Assembly: GCA_951406725.2 (NCBI GenBank)
Contig: OX597824.1
Location: forward strand, 70,928,001-70,992,000
DNA: 64,000 bases
Direction: 5' to 3'
Source: Octopus vulgaris
Lineage: Eukaryota
Shown here one piece after another: positions 41,411-54,056 of this stretch. The position numbers and the translations under genes are program-made. Under the pieces are notes generated by a model, which was not told where the DNA came from, searched no databases, and saw only the letters and a list, made by a program, of their open reading frames with translations. Within the stretch, counting starts at the first letter, position 1; each line of letters begins with the position of its first letter.

Positions 41411-42760
41411 TACATTCACAGATATATAGGTAGATAAATAAATAGATATGTAATATTCCCTTCGCCTAATGTTCCTGTGACAAATAAAAGAAGTCATAAT
41501 TGTTGTTATTTTCTTTATGAGCATTGCCACTGCCACCACCACCCCTCACCACCACCACCACCACCACCACCATCATCATCGCTATTAGGCACAAAGCCAG
41601 AGTTAGTTGTTCTTCTCTAGTGCTTTATTTTATCAACTCAGGAGGGATGAAGGGCAAAGTTGACCCTAACAGAATTTGAACTTAAGGAGCCAGAACAAAA
41701 TACCTTATGGTATTTGTAACAGCCCTTTGTCATCACATTTCAGTTTCTGTCAGGGTCATCTTTTCCGCTCATTCTCTCGAGGTCAGCAAACCAAAATACC
41801 AGTCAATTAGTTGATGATATGATTACATTGTACCATCAAGCACAATGTAATCGACTAACCCCTATCCCCTAAAATTGCTGGCCTTGAGCCAAAATTTGAA
41901 AGAAGGCAGTGAGCTGACAGAATCATTAGCACATCAGACAAAATACTTAGTGGCATTTTTCCTGGCTCTCTATGTTATAAGAGTTCAAATCCTGCTGAGG
42001 TCAACTTTGCCTTCCATTTTTTTCAAGGTCAATAAAACAAAGTACCAGGCAATTACAGGAGTCAATGCAGTCAACTTGTCTCCACCCGTCAAATTTTGAG
42101 CCTTGTGTCAAACATCATTTCACTGAAGATTGGACATGAATGACACCACTTGTATGGTGAAGCTCATTTAGTGATCATCATCATTATCATCATTCAGTGA
42201 TCATCATCATCACCACCACCACCATTTAATATCCATTTCTTATGTTGGCATGAGTTGGATGGTTTGACAGGAGCTGGTGAACCAGAGGATTGTACCAAGC
42301 TCCACTACTTGCTTTGGCAAGGTTTCTTTGGTTAGATGCTCTTCCCAGTGCTAACCATTCTACAGAGTGTTCCGGGTGCATTTTACATGGCACCGGCATC
42401 AGCAAGGTCACTAAGTAACTCACAAGACAAGATCACTCAACTGAGTGGGGAACAGTTTTGAACAGGTGACTTTGTGCCACATGATGACACATTAAGCTAT
42501 GACAGAGTGACAGAAGCAGGTATCTTGCTGTAAAGGCTCCCCGCTGTGGGAAAAGAGACAAGACAGGAGAGAGAAATGAGAAAAGCAAAGAGAGAAAGAT
42601 GAGGAGAGAAGATGGTGGGAAAATGTGTTGGGCATATCTTTAAGTTATTGGAAGGTGAATAAGACTTATTAATCATATCTAAAGATGTCTGCGAGAATCT
42701 TTGTTGAAGTCTAGCAATAATTTACCTCAGATATTTTGGATATTACTGCAGCCATCTTAC

Positions 42761-42855
42761 CTCTTTGTTTGAAGATTTCTTGGCAATATCTGAGATGTGG
42801 AACTTGAGTGAATTTGTGGCAATCACTGCATCATTCTTGCACATTTGTGAAGCAC
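42761..42855 (-). CDS. Exon C of 3HCDH_N-RING gene
   Basis: Acceptor ccttataacttag|GT, donor GAG|gtaaga; 95 nt, phase 1 to 0. Encodes (S)ASQMCKNDAVIATNSLKFHISDIAKKSSNKE, which aligns with the family AILATNTSSLSITELA motif. Confidence 0.92.
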
Positions 42856-42919
42856 CTAAGTTATAAGGAATACATGGAGTAAAAATTAAAACAAGAAGAA
42901 GAAGAAGAAGAAGAAGAAG

Positions 42920-42951
<32 letters not shown>

Positions 42952-43188
42952 GAAGAAGAAGAAGAAGAAGAAGAAGAAGAAGAAGAAGAAGAAGAAGAAG
43001 AAGAAGAAGAAGAAGGGAGAGAGACAGAGAAAAAGGAAAAAGAAAGAGAAAAAGATTGAGAAATATGGAGACCTGAAAATTTAGATTGCCAAAATGTGGC
43101 AGCCACAAGAGTCAAACATAAAGGTTAGCCCTGTTGTCATCAGAGCATTAGGTTCAATACCACCCAACCTGAAGAAACATCTGGAAAC

Positions 43189-43282
<94 letters not shown>

Positions 43283-43439
43283 ATGCACATATCAGTTTCT
43301 AAGTACCAAATCTACTCAGAAAGCCCTGGTTAGCCTGGGACCACGTTAGAAAACACCCACCCCTTAAGTTTCAGAGGTTATTCTTAAAATCAAAACCAAT
43401 GGCCAACCTAGGCCAGGTATTGACTGGTCTAGTACTTAC

Positions 43440-43545
43440 TTTGAAATAAGTCTTGTTTCATCTCAAGATCATCAACAATTGCTTCGAATATAAAATCTGC
43501 ATCTTTGACTGTTTCTTGGAGGCCACTTAGGTAATATATTGTTCC
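43440..43545 (-). CDS. Exon B of 3HCDH_N-RING gene
   Basis: Acceptor attctttcag|GGA, donor AA|gtaagt; 106 nt, phase 0 to 1. Encodes GTIYYLSGLQETVKDADFIFEAIVDDLEMKQDLFQ, matching the DADxxxEAxxExLxxKxxLF motif of 3-hydroxyacyl/3-hydroxybutyryl-CoA dehydrogenases. Confidence 0.93.
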
Positions 43546-43728
43546 CTGAAAGAATAAATCATCACTTTGATATGAAGAATCGGCAGAACTTTTAGATTAA
43601 TGTACACTTTAAACTTTTCTAAGATCTGCTATGTCTGTAATAGAATTTGGATTTAGCACTCCCTGCTGCCAAAATTATAAAGATTAAGAATTTAGATATT
43701 AAACTTCCAAGTATTGATGTCTATATTT

Positions 43729-43776
<48 letters not shown>

Positions 43777-43877
43777 CCACTACCAAAACCACCAACACCA
43801 CCACCACCAACACCATCATCATTATCATCATCATCACCACCACCACCACCACCACCACCACCATCATCATCATCACC

Positions 43878-43911
<34 letters not shown>

Positions 43912-44648
43912 TCATCGTCATCATCATCATTTAACATCTACTTTTCCATGCTTCATATGCTTTATGGAAATTACTGAAGTAGATTTTCTACAGCTTGATG
44001 CCCTTCTTGTCACCACCCCACACTAGTTTCTAAGCAAAGTAATATTTCTCTATGAGAGGGCATGGTTTCCACTGAAGATCGGACACAATCAACAAGACCC
44101 AAAATTTTGGGGGAGCGGGCCAGCCAACTAGATAGACCCCAGTACACAACTGGTACTTAATTTATCAACCCCGAAAGGATGAAAGGCAAAGTCGACCTCG
44201 GTGAAATTTGAACTCAGAACATAAAGACAGCCAAAATACTGCTAAGCATTTTGCCCAACGTGCTAACGTTTCTACCAGCTTGCCAATACAATCAACATTG
44301 TATAATTAACAATCACCAAATAATATTTAGACAAAGATGCACACACACACACATACATATACACATGCATGGTGAGCTTCTTTCAGTTTGTGTCAGCTAA
44401 ATTCAACCACAAAGCTTTGGTTTACACAAGGCTGCAGTAGAAGATGCTTGCACAAGGTGTCATGCAGTGGAACTGAACTCAAGACCACATGGATGGAAGG
44501 CAAGCTTTTTAATCACATAACCATGTATGTATGTGTATATCATCATCATCATCATCATTTAACATCCACTTTCCATGCTAGAATGGGTTGGACGATTTTA
44601 CTGAGGACTGGCGAACCAGATGGCTGCACCAGGCTCCAATCTGATCTG

Positions 44649-44685
<37 letters not shown>

Positions 44686-45116
44686 TAGGTTACTATTTGT
44701 TTTGCCAACTGATTAGAATATGTTTTGCTGAGGAAGTTTAATATGACTAAAACATGTCCACTGCTTTCAGTAGGAGGTGTTATAGGCTGGATCTACTCCC
44801 ATTCTGTGTTTTCTATATTTTCCAATAATTTCAATTAAGTAATTTTATTGGACTTTTCTCCTTTGTTATTTTTAGCCTTTAAATACTATAGGGAGGTTTT
44901 TGCTACTAATTGCATGGATAATCTTAACTAATTAAAGTTTCTCAACTCATTAAATAATCCCTACTATATTTGTATTTAACATGCAGAATGCTAATGCATC
45001 TTTTGCAGTTAACCTCTCTCCTATTGGTCACATTCTTCTGAACTAACAGGGACAATATAGAACACTGGGGACGTTTTGTCTTGCAGAGAACAAGGACACC
45101 ACATTAGTGCTGGGGC

Positions 45117-45521
45117 CAGCACTGGATTAGCCATTAAGCAAAATAAGTATGTGCTTAGGGCATCAAGGGAAGAAAGGGGCACCACAGAAACGGTAAATGG
45201 TTTATGGCACAAAAGAAATCACTTTAAGCTTGCTAAAATAATATTCAGGATGCCTTTATCTCTACTAAGTATAGCTGCAGATGTGTTACCTAAGATTAAT
45301 TGTGAGGATCTGATCAAAGACTTTGCAATTCAAAAAAGTAGGAGGAAACTTTTCAATATAAATTAAACATTATTTTCCCTCTTACTGTTTTGTTTAGTTT
45401 TGAAAAGTAAAAATTTATTTCATGGTTTGTTATTGTTTATATTTTGAATTAAATAATCTTTTATGGGGGTACCAAAATCTTATAAGTGCTTAGTGCCTCA
45501 ATGGGTGTCAATCCAGCCCTG
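45117..45521 (+). mobile_element. Non-autonomous hAT element retaining the end of the transposase dimerisation domain
   Basis: TIRs CAGCACTGGATTA / CAATCCAGCCCTG; 8-bp TSD GCTGGGGC/GCTGGGGG; peptide LSLLSIAADVLPKINCEDLIKDFAIQKSRRKLF. Confidence 0.8.
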
Positions 45522-45542
45522 GCTGGGGGCCATTATAAAAGG

Positions 45543-45975
45543 CACCCAGTACACTGTAAGGTAGTTGGTAAACAAGTAGAGACACAATATGGATGAGACA
45601 ATCAGTTAGTCTTGTGGAAAACATGACAACCTTTCTAGTGCTGGTGCCACAATAAAATGCATTTAGTATACTCTGTAAAGCTTTGTAAAGTGGTTGGTAA
45701 ACAAGCAGAGGCACAGTATGAATGAGATGACTAGCTGGTCTGGTCTTGTGGAAAACATGACAACCTCTCTAGTGCTGGTGCCACAATAAAATGCATTTAG
45801 TACACTCTGTAAAGCTTTGTAAAGTGGTTGGTATACAAGCAGAGGCACAGTATGAATGAGATGACTAGCTGGTCTGGTCTTGTGGAAAACATGACAACCT
45901 CTCTAGTGCTGGTGCCACAATAAAATGCATTCAGTACACCCTATAAAGCTCTGTAAAGTGGTTGGTATTAGGAAG
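45543..45975. repeat. 134-bp tandem repeat, about 3.2 copies
   Basis: GTCTTGTGGAAAACATGACAACC recurs at 45609, 45743 and 45877. Confidence 0.92.
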
Positions 45976-46345
45976 GACATCAAGCTGTTAAATGCCAAGC
46001 TGAAATAAAACATATAAGTGCAACTGGTTCACCAAACATACTTACAATGGATGTAACTCCAGATAAGAATTATTTCAGACTGTATCAATCAATCCAACCG
46101 ATACTAACATGAAAAGCAAACTTAAAACAATGATGAAGATGATGTAAGTTCCCCTGATATTTTTTTGCGCAGTTATATTGTCAGCCTGTCCTGTCTAAGA
46201 GGGCCCGCAAAGGCCATGGCCATTATCTGGCCATTCTTTCCTGAATTAACTTATTAAACAAAAAGACAGAAAGAAACAAAAACAACCTTTTTGTAAAGAA
46301 GGTAAAAGCCAAACCCATTAATGAACAATTAATAGTATTAATTAC

Positions 46346-46482
46346 CAGGAAATTCTTTTGTAGCAGCAGTCCTTCTTGTCGGAGCATGTTTTTATCTTCT
46401 TCAATGACGGAGTAGGCTTTATTGAGTGTTTCTGTATTGTTATCATACATCTTAACTCTGTGACCATGGTATGCCAGGGCAC
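46346..46482 (-). CDS. Exon A (first recognisable coding exon) of a 3-hydroxyacyl-CoA dehydrogenase-like NAD-binding domain / RING-finger fusion gene
   Basis: Acceptor tcttctttcag|GT, donor CTG|gtaatt; 137 nt, phase 1 to 0. Encodes (G)ALAYHGHRVKMYDNNTETLNKAYSVIEEDKNMLRQEGLLLQKNFL, i.e. Rossmann alphaA-betaB with the acidic residue (MYD) typical of NAD-binding folds. Confidence 0.88.
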
Positions 46483-47252
46483 CTGAAAGAAGACAGATGC
46501 TTACAGATTAATGTGGATAGCCTGGTTGTGGAATGGCTACACTACAAGCCTGGGTGTTGTAAGAGGCAATCAGAAGGGTCAGTGACTGGAAAGGCCTCTG
46601 GCTTTACAACAGCACTACCAAGAAAAACTGCCCAGCCCATGCTAGAATGGAATAACAGATGTATAACAATGGTGACTATGTCGATGATGATAATGACATT
46701 GATGATGATGATGATGATGAAGGTGGTTGTGGTGGTGGTGATGGTGGTGATGGTGGTGGTTGTGGCAGCGGCGGTAGCAGGGGCAATGGTGGTGGCGGTG
46801 GCAATGGTAATGATGATGATGATGGTGGTAGTGATGGCAATGGCAGCAGCAGTGGTGATGGTGGTAGCAGCAATAATGATGATGATGATGACAACAATGA
46901 TGATAGTGGTGGAAGTGGTAGTAGTGATGATGATGATGATGATCAACACTGATGCCAATGATGATGATGAGGATATTGATGATGAGGAGGATTAAACAAG
47001 TCAGACTTGTTTTTCTGTAAAAGCTACAGTGACAGAGAGAACATACCTATAACCTCTGACTGAAAATCAAATATCAAAAAGTAATATATGAAAAATGGAC
47101 TGAGTAAATGCTATTGCTTTTGTAATTATTGTTGTTTAACTGTTTAACCCTAGGTCAGTCCTAACTAAGCAAACTAATGAATCAAAGAAAGGCCAATCAA
47201 GACTATCTTGTGTTTTCATTTTAAAATTATGTACCTATGTCATGTGGCCAAT

Positions 47253-48070
47253 GCCAGTACCACCTGACTGGCACCCATGCCGGTGGCACATAAAAAACAC
47301 CAATGAAGTGTGGTCATTGCCAGTAGCGCCTGACTGGCTCCCAAGCTGGTGGCACGTAAAAAGCACCATTCAAGCGTGGTCATTGCTAGTAGTGGCTGAC
47401 TGGCTCCAATGCCAGTGCCACATAAAAAGCACCATTTGAGCGTGGTCATTGCCAGTACCGCCTGACTGGCACCCATGCCAGTGGCACGTAAAAAGGACCA
47501 TTCAAGCATGTTCATTGTTAGTACCACCTGACTGGCTCCCATGCTGGTGGCACGTAAAAAGCACCATTCAAGCGTAGTCATTGCCAGTACCACCTGACTG
47601 GCACCCATGCCAGTGGCACATAAAAAGCACCATTTAAGCATGGTCATTGCCAGTACCACCTTATTGGCACCCATGCCGGTGGCACGTAAAAAGCACCATT
47701 CAAGTGTGGTCATTGCCAGTAGTGCCTGACTGGCTCCCGTGCTAGTGGCACATAAAAAGTACCATTCGAGCATGGTCATTGCCAGTTCTGCCTGACTGGC
47801 ACTCATGCCAGTGGCACGTAAAAACACCATTTGAGCATGGTCATTGCCAGTACCACCTGACTGGCTCCCATGCTGGTGGCACATAAAAAGACCATTCAAG
47901 CATGGTCATTGCCAGTACCACCTGACCGGCACCCATGCCAGTGGCATGTAAAAAGCACCATTCGAGTGTGGTCATTGTCAATTCTGCCTGACTGGCTCCC
48001 ATATCACTGGCATATAAAAAGCACCATTTAAGCCTGACTGGCCCTAGTGCCAGTGGCATGTAAAAAGCAA
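47253..48070. repeat. 66-bp minisatellite, about 12 copies
   Basis: Unit GCCAGTACCACCTGACTGGCACCCATGCCGGTGGCACGTAAAAAGCACCATTCAAGCGTGGTCATT. Shorter arrays of related units at ~26935-27150 and ~12310-12460. Confidence 0.95.
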
Positions 48071-48689
48071 CCAGCATGGAAGGCAGACGTTAAATGATGA
48101 TGATGATGAATTGCATTCCACATTCGTTAATGTCATGTTTCAGTAACAACGTGATTTCACATAAAATTTACAACTACCAATATAGGTGTGACATGAAAAG
48201 GATAAGATTCCACGGTATCACCCTGTGTTAAGAGGTCATGACATCAGGGTTTGTTTTGGATCTTCAGGTGTCAGTGGCCAATAATTCATCACAGGCGATT
48301 GGACCGACAGTTCAAAAACACGGAAGGTTAGCCAAATAAAGTAATGAATCCAGAACATTCTTTCATGGCCATGCAATTAACAAAAAGGAAAAAGAGATTC
48401 GATTTCTATCACACAAGTGAACTAAAGAACTAAAAAAAAATTGTTGAAAAGGTATTTATTTTTAAAGATCTGCTCATTGCTGGTAGTCACTTCCCTGTCT
48501 CCTCTATTAGCTATGCCACTGCTACCAATGCTTATCCAGACAAAAAAACTACCAATTTTGACCAATGTATCTTGGCACCATCGTCATTACAGGCATTGTT
48601 GTCAGAATGCAAAATAGCCGGAAATAATACGATAAGACACCTAACCTGACCCTCCAAAAGTTTTGTTGATCTAAAAAAAAGACTCCGCC

Positions 48690-49001
48690 GGTTACGACGA
48701 CGAGGGTCCCAGCTGATACGATCAACGGAACAGCTTGCTCGTGAAATTAACGTGCAAATGGCTGAGCATTCCACAGACACGTGTACCCTTAATGTAGTTC
48801 TCGGGGATAATCAGCGTGACACAGAGAGTGACAAGGCTGACCCTTTGAAATACAAGTACAACTCATTTTTGCCAGCTGAGTGGACTGGAGCAACGTGAAA
48901 TAAAGTGTCTTGCTCAAGGTCACAACGCGTCGCCGGGAATTGAACTCACAACCTTACGATCATGAGCCGAATGCCCTAACCACTAAGCCACGCGCCCTCA
49001 C
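48690..49001 (-). mobile_element. tRNA-derived SINE family C (young-looking copy)
   Basis: GGCGCGTGGCTTAGTGGTTAGGG..GAGTTCAATTCCC..CCTTGAGCAAGACACTTT. Older copies at ~15790-16110(+) and 34610-34922(-). Confidence 0.85.
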
Positions 49002-49867
49002 TTGTTGATCTAATGCTGTGGATTGGTACATTTTTATCGACACTGAAAAGTTGTAAAGTTGACTTCAACAGGATTTGAACCTTGGGTGTAGTGTGTCAGA
49101 ACAAATACCCTGAGGCATTCTATCTAAAGATCTAATGATTCTACCAACATGTGCAGATAAGCCAGCTAAGGGGTTTCTGTGTAGTTTATTGAGGTGTTTG
49201 TAAGAGTGGCCACATTTCCTTCAGTTCACATCCTATTATACTAAAAAGGGAAGAACATATGATACAGTATAGTCCCTTATTTCTTTATTGCCCACAAGGG
49301 GCTAAACGTAGAGGGGACAAACAAGGACAGACAAAGGGATTAAGTCAATTACATCGACCCCAGTGCATAACTGGTACAGTACTTAATTTATCAACCCCAA
49401 AAGGATGAAAAGCAAAGTCGACCTCGGCGGAATTTGAACTCAGAACGTAACAGTAGACAAAATGCCGCTAAGCATTTTGCCTGGCATGCTAACGTTTCTG
49501 CCAGCTTCCCGCCTTAGTATAGTCCCTGGTATACAAAAGACAGGATAGTCATGAGTGGAATGTCAATGATCATAATTTCAATAAATGCTAATCTGGAGTT
49601 GAACAATAACAGTCTAAACAGTGTCATTTAGCTATACAGACACAATAACTTCAGAGACACAACAGTTCCATAAGTACTAATAAATGTTATAGATATGTAT
49701 ACACTCTTAGCTACAAGGGCACAATAGAATATGGACACTATAGGTACTTAGGTTCTAAAGCTACAGAGATGCTATACCTACACAAAGACTGCATAGACTC
49801 TAAAGTTGGATAGGTGTAATAGCTACATAGGCACTATATCGAAAAAGACACTAAAGCTAAGTAGGAA

Positions 49868-50263
49868 CAGGAGTGGCTGTGTGGTAAGTAGCTTGCATAC
49901 CAGCTAGGTTCAGTCCCACTGTGTGGCACCTTGAGCAAAGTGTCTTCTACTATAGCCTTGGGCTGACCAAAGCCTTGTGAGCGGATTTGGTAGATGGAAA
50001 CTGAAAGAAGCCCATCGTATATATGTATATATATGTGTGTATGTGTGTGTATGTTTGTGTGTCTGTGTTTGTCCCCTCGACATTGCTTGACAACCGATGC
50101 TGGTGTGTTTACATCCCCCGTAACTTAGCGGTTCAGCAACAGAGACCAATAAAATAAGTACCAGGCTTTCAAAGAATAAGTCCTGGGGTCGATTTGCTCG
50201 ACTAAAGGCGGTGCTCCAGCATGGCCACAGTCAAATGACTGAAACAAGTAAAAGAGTAAAGAG
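49868..50263 (+). mobile_element. tRNA-derived SINE family A (representative full copy)
   Basis: GGAGTGGCTGTGTGGTAAG..GGTTCAGTCCC (A/B boxes), internal (TA/TG)n, tail GACTGAAACAAGT(AAAAGAGT)n. Other copies at ~1-271(-), 9690-10090(-), 22250-22410(-), 36497-36890(-), 39353-39520(+), 52577-52735(+), 56165-56550(-) and 61606-62045(+). Confidence 0.9.
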
Positions 50264-50783
50264 TAGACACTATAGCAATACACACACTATAACTATACAA
50301 ATACTATACATACACAAACATTATAGTTACTCAATTACTATAGCTACACAGACAGCATGACTGCAAAGACAGTATGGCTACATGGATACTAGATATTTTT
50401 CTTTTAAATGACTATTATATCCATGGAAGAGAAGGGGAACAGAGAAGAGGATTTATCATAGAGAAGGGGTCAATCACCTTCGCTGCTGCCACTACCACCA
50501 CCACCAACATCACCATGGCCACCAGCACCATGATGAGCCACCACAATCTAACAGGGGCTCTATTCTGGCGCCCAGACCAGAACAGAGGGAAAGTCGTGTA
50601 ATAAGACAGACAGACTGAGCAAGCGAGCGAGTATTTGGGACTCACCTGAAACCCTCCCTGACCCTCACATTCACCTTCACTCCACAAGCTATTCCCCTGA
50701 CCCATTACAACCCCCCCCCCCCCCGCCAATCTTAAACCACCACCCTTTCCCCCATTCCTTTCACAGCCTACAGTCACTTACAG

Positions 50784-50814
<31 letters not shown>

Positions 50815-51216
50815 AACAAAAAGCAAAAAAAGAAAACACCAGCTAATGACACCAATATCAAGGCAAAGGTATTTCATTCTTGCAGCTTGCATTGTATGGT
50901 AGCAACAGTCAGTGGTCGGCTGGGGGCTGCCGTTCTTACACGCCTGCTATGACTAATGCACCAAAAAGCACTGTAACTGTCATGTCATCACACCGCTGCT
51001 CGTCGCCCACCACAACTAACCACCACCTCGTTTATGCTTTTATTATTTTATTTTAGATGTATATTTTTAGTGGGGCGGGAGGCAGTGGGGGTGGGTGGGG
51101 GTGGAGGGGTTTGTTTGTTTTACTGGTTTGGGCCACTGAACTGTGGTCATACTGGGGCTCTACTTTTCCATGGTTTTTAGATGATCATATGCAGGCAGAC
51201 AGACAGACAGACAGAC

Positions 51217-51283
<67 letters not shown>

Positions 51284-51330
51284 CAGACAAACAGACATCT
51301 AGCCAGCTAGTTAACTAGATATATATATAT

Positions 51331-51419
<89 letters not shown>

Positions 51420-51474
51420 CAGATAGACAGATAGATAGACAGACAAACAGACATCTAGCCAGCTAGTTAACTTC

Positions 51475-51531
<57 letters not shown>

Positions 51532-52101
51532 TAGATAGATAAGTAAGGTATTTATTTTAGCAATCTCTAGTTGATGCACCAACAAGATATGAAACAAAGG
51601 GACACAATATGACCATACACACACTCATTTATACATACATTCATGCATACATACATACATACATACATACATACACACATACATACATACGTACATACAT
51701 ACATACATACATACATACATACATACATACATACGTACATACATACATACATACATTCATACATACATACATTCATACATTTATACATACATACATATAA
51801 ATATAATGCATTCCTACATTCACTCATACTTATATACATGTATACACACATGCATGCAAACATTCATACGCACACACATACATACATGCATACATGTATA
51901 CATACATACTCATACACATACACACATACATACATACATAGATACATACATATACACACACATACATACACGCACATACATTCAAATACATACATACATA
52001 AACATACACACACTCACACACAGATACATACACACTCACACACATACATACATATATACACAGACTCACACACATACAAACATACATACATACACAAACA
52101 C

Positions 52102-52181
<80 letters not shown>

Positions 52182-52729
52182 AAGATAGGTTTTCGCACAG
52201 GTTCTATCTACCAAATTATATTCACAAGGTACTAACAAGTGCAAGATAACAGAAGTTATTTGCCTGAAAAACTACTCAAAGTTACCAAACTTGGATCTAT
52301 ATAGTTGTGAAGCAACCATCTTTACCATACACCCATATCTGTGCCTTCTTTCTTTCCTTCTTTATTTATTCACTCACTTATTTTATATTATTTATTCATT
52401 TATATATATATTATTATTATTTTATTCACCCTAGTCATTCTAATAAGTGCACTACACACACACACACCACCACCACAACCATAACATCTCTCCAACAACT
52501 ATCCGACCCCAACCCCGACATATATGTATGCTGAAGTCCCACCCCCTTTTTTTTTCATTTAAGTTGTTCAGTTGTACAGGCGTGGCTGTGTGGTAAGAAG
52601 CTTGCGTCTCAACCACATGATTCTGGGTTCAGTCTCACTACGTGGCAACTTGGGCAAGTGTATTCTGCTATAACCTCAGGCCGACCAAAGCCTTGTGAGT
52701 GAACTTGGTAGAAGGAAACTGAAAGAAGC

Positions 52730-52761
<32 letters not shown>

Positions 52762-52808
52762 GATAGATAGATAGATAGATATGCATACATACATACATAT
52801 ATGTATAT

Positions 52809-52842
<34 letters not shown>

Positions 52843-52916
52843 ATTTTCGATCTTGAAAGGATGGACTTGGTGCTAACTTAACTGTATCTATTTTTAGTAT
52901 TTTTTTATTATTATTA

Positions 52917-52969
<53 letters not shown>

Positions 52970-53304
52970 AGTAATTTTTATTAACTTTTATAGCTTTAGA
53001 ATTTTATGAACTGTACCACGGATTTAATTATTATTTTTCATCTCCATATGTGTTAGCCCTTTTTTTATAAAAAAAACTATTAGCCAAATATGTATAATAT
53101 CGGTACTTATTAATATTAATATATACACTGTTATATATTTTGTTTTATATTGTTCTGTTTACCTTCCTTTTTGTACAAATGTGTATTATATTATATAAGT
53201 GTAGCATTATGATGTATAAGTTTTTATATTTTACATTTTTATATTTTTATATTTATATGTATATGATTATATAATATTTTTCACTATTATAACAAATTTA
53301 ATTT

Positions 53305-53420
53305 AATTCTCTGAAGAGGCCGTGGGGCATCCTTGTTAATGCCTCATTTATACCTGCCTTTATGGCTTATAGGTTAAATGAGGTATGACTGTCCTCACTG
53401 CCGAAACAGCTGTCAGTTTT
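53305..53420 (+). ncRNA. Type I hammerhead ribozyme with very long stem II
   Basis: CTGAAGA (53311)-GGCCGTGGGG...ATGCCTCATTTA...TAAATGAGGTAT...CCTCACTGCC-GAAA-CAGCTG-TC^AG. Stem II is about 85 nt with nested helices; stem I is weak (2 bp, mismatches, 2 bp). Confidence 0.78.
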
Positions 53421-53617
53421 GATTTATTTGCATATTATATTTGAAATTTTACTTTTATCTCTTTATCTTTTTACTTTTACTATTACTGTATATCTCATTT
53501 CATTTTATATATTGCCTTTACTCATATGTAATGGTGTATTAAAGTATGGATTGAGTATCATCGGATAGTTGATGTTTTACTGATTTAAGTATGTTTCTCC
53601 ATTCTCTAATTTTGTAG

Positions 53618-53651
<34 letters not shown>

Positions 53652-53951
53652 AAAGATAAATGCGATACAATAAAATTAATTATAATCGCCGGTGTACCAG
53701 TACACGCCATATATTATACATATATCATTACATTCAAGGCGAAGAGTGCACTAGATACACAATAGCTGGATAAATTTAGTGAGATGAAAATTAAAAACTT
53801 TTACAAACTTAACTTTTCTTATACTGCAGTTTCGCCAAATTCAGTAATAAAAATAGTATTTTTATAGTAAATATAGTAAATATGTAAATATTTAAAATAT
53901 TTAAAAATGTGTGTGAGTATTTTTATAGTAAATATATTTTATAGTAAATAG

Positions 53952-54021
<70 letters not shown>

Positions 54022-54056
54022 TGTATGTATGTATGTATGTATGTATGATGTATAAA

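Noticed and set aside
47253-48070. Regular repeat array superficially like a CRISPR array
   Set aside because: Contiguous tandem units with no unique spacers, no cas genes, and a eukaryotic intron context.
50944-50983. Minus-strand MTVTVLFGALVIAG as a candidate first exon
   Set aside because: No GxGxxG motif, and the donor would be a poor GC site.
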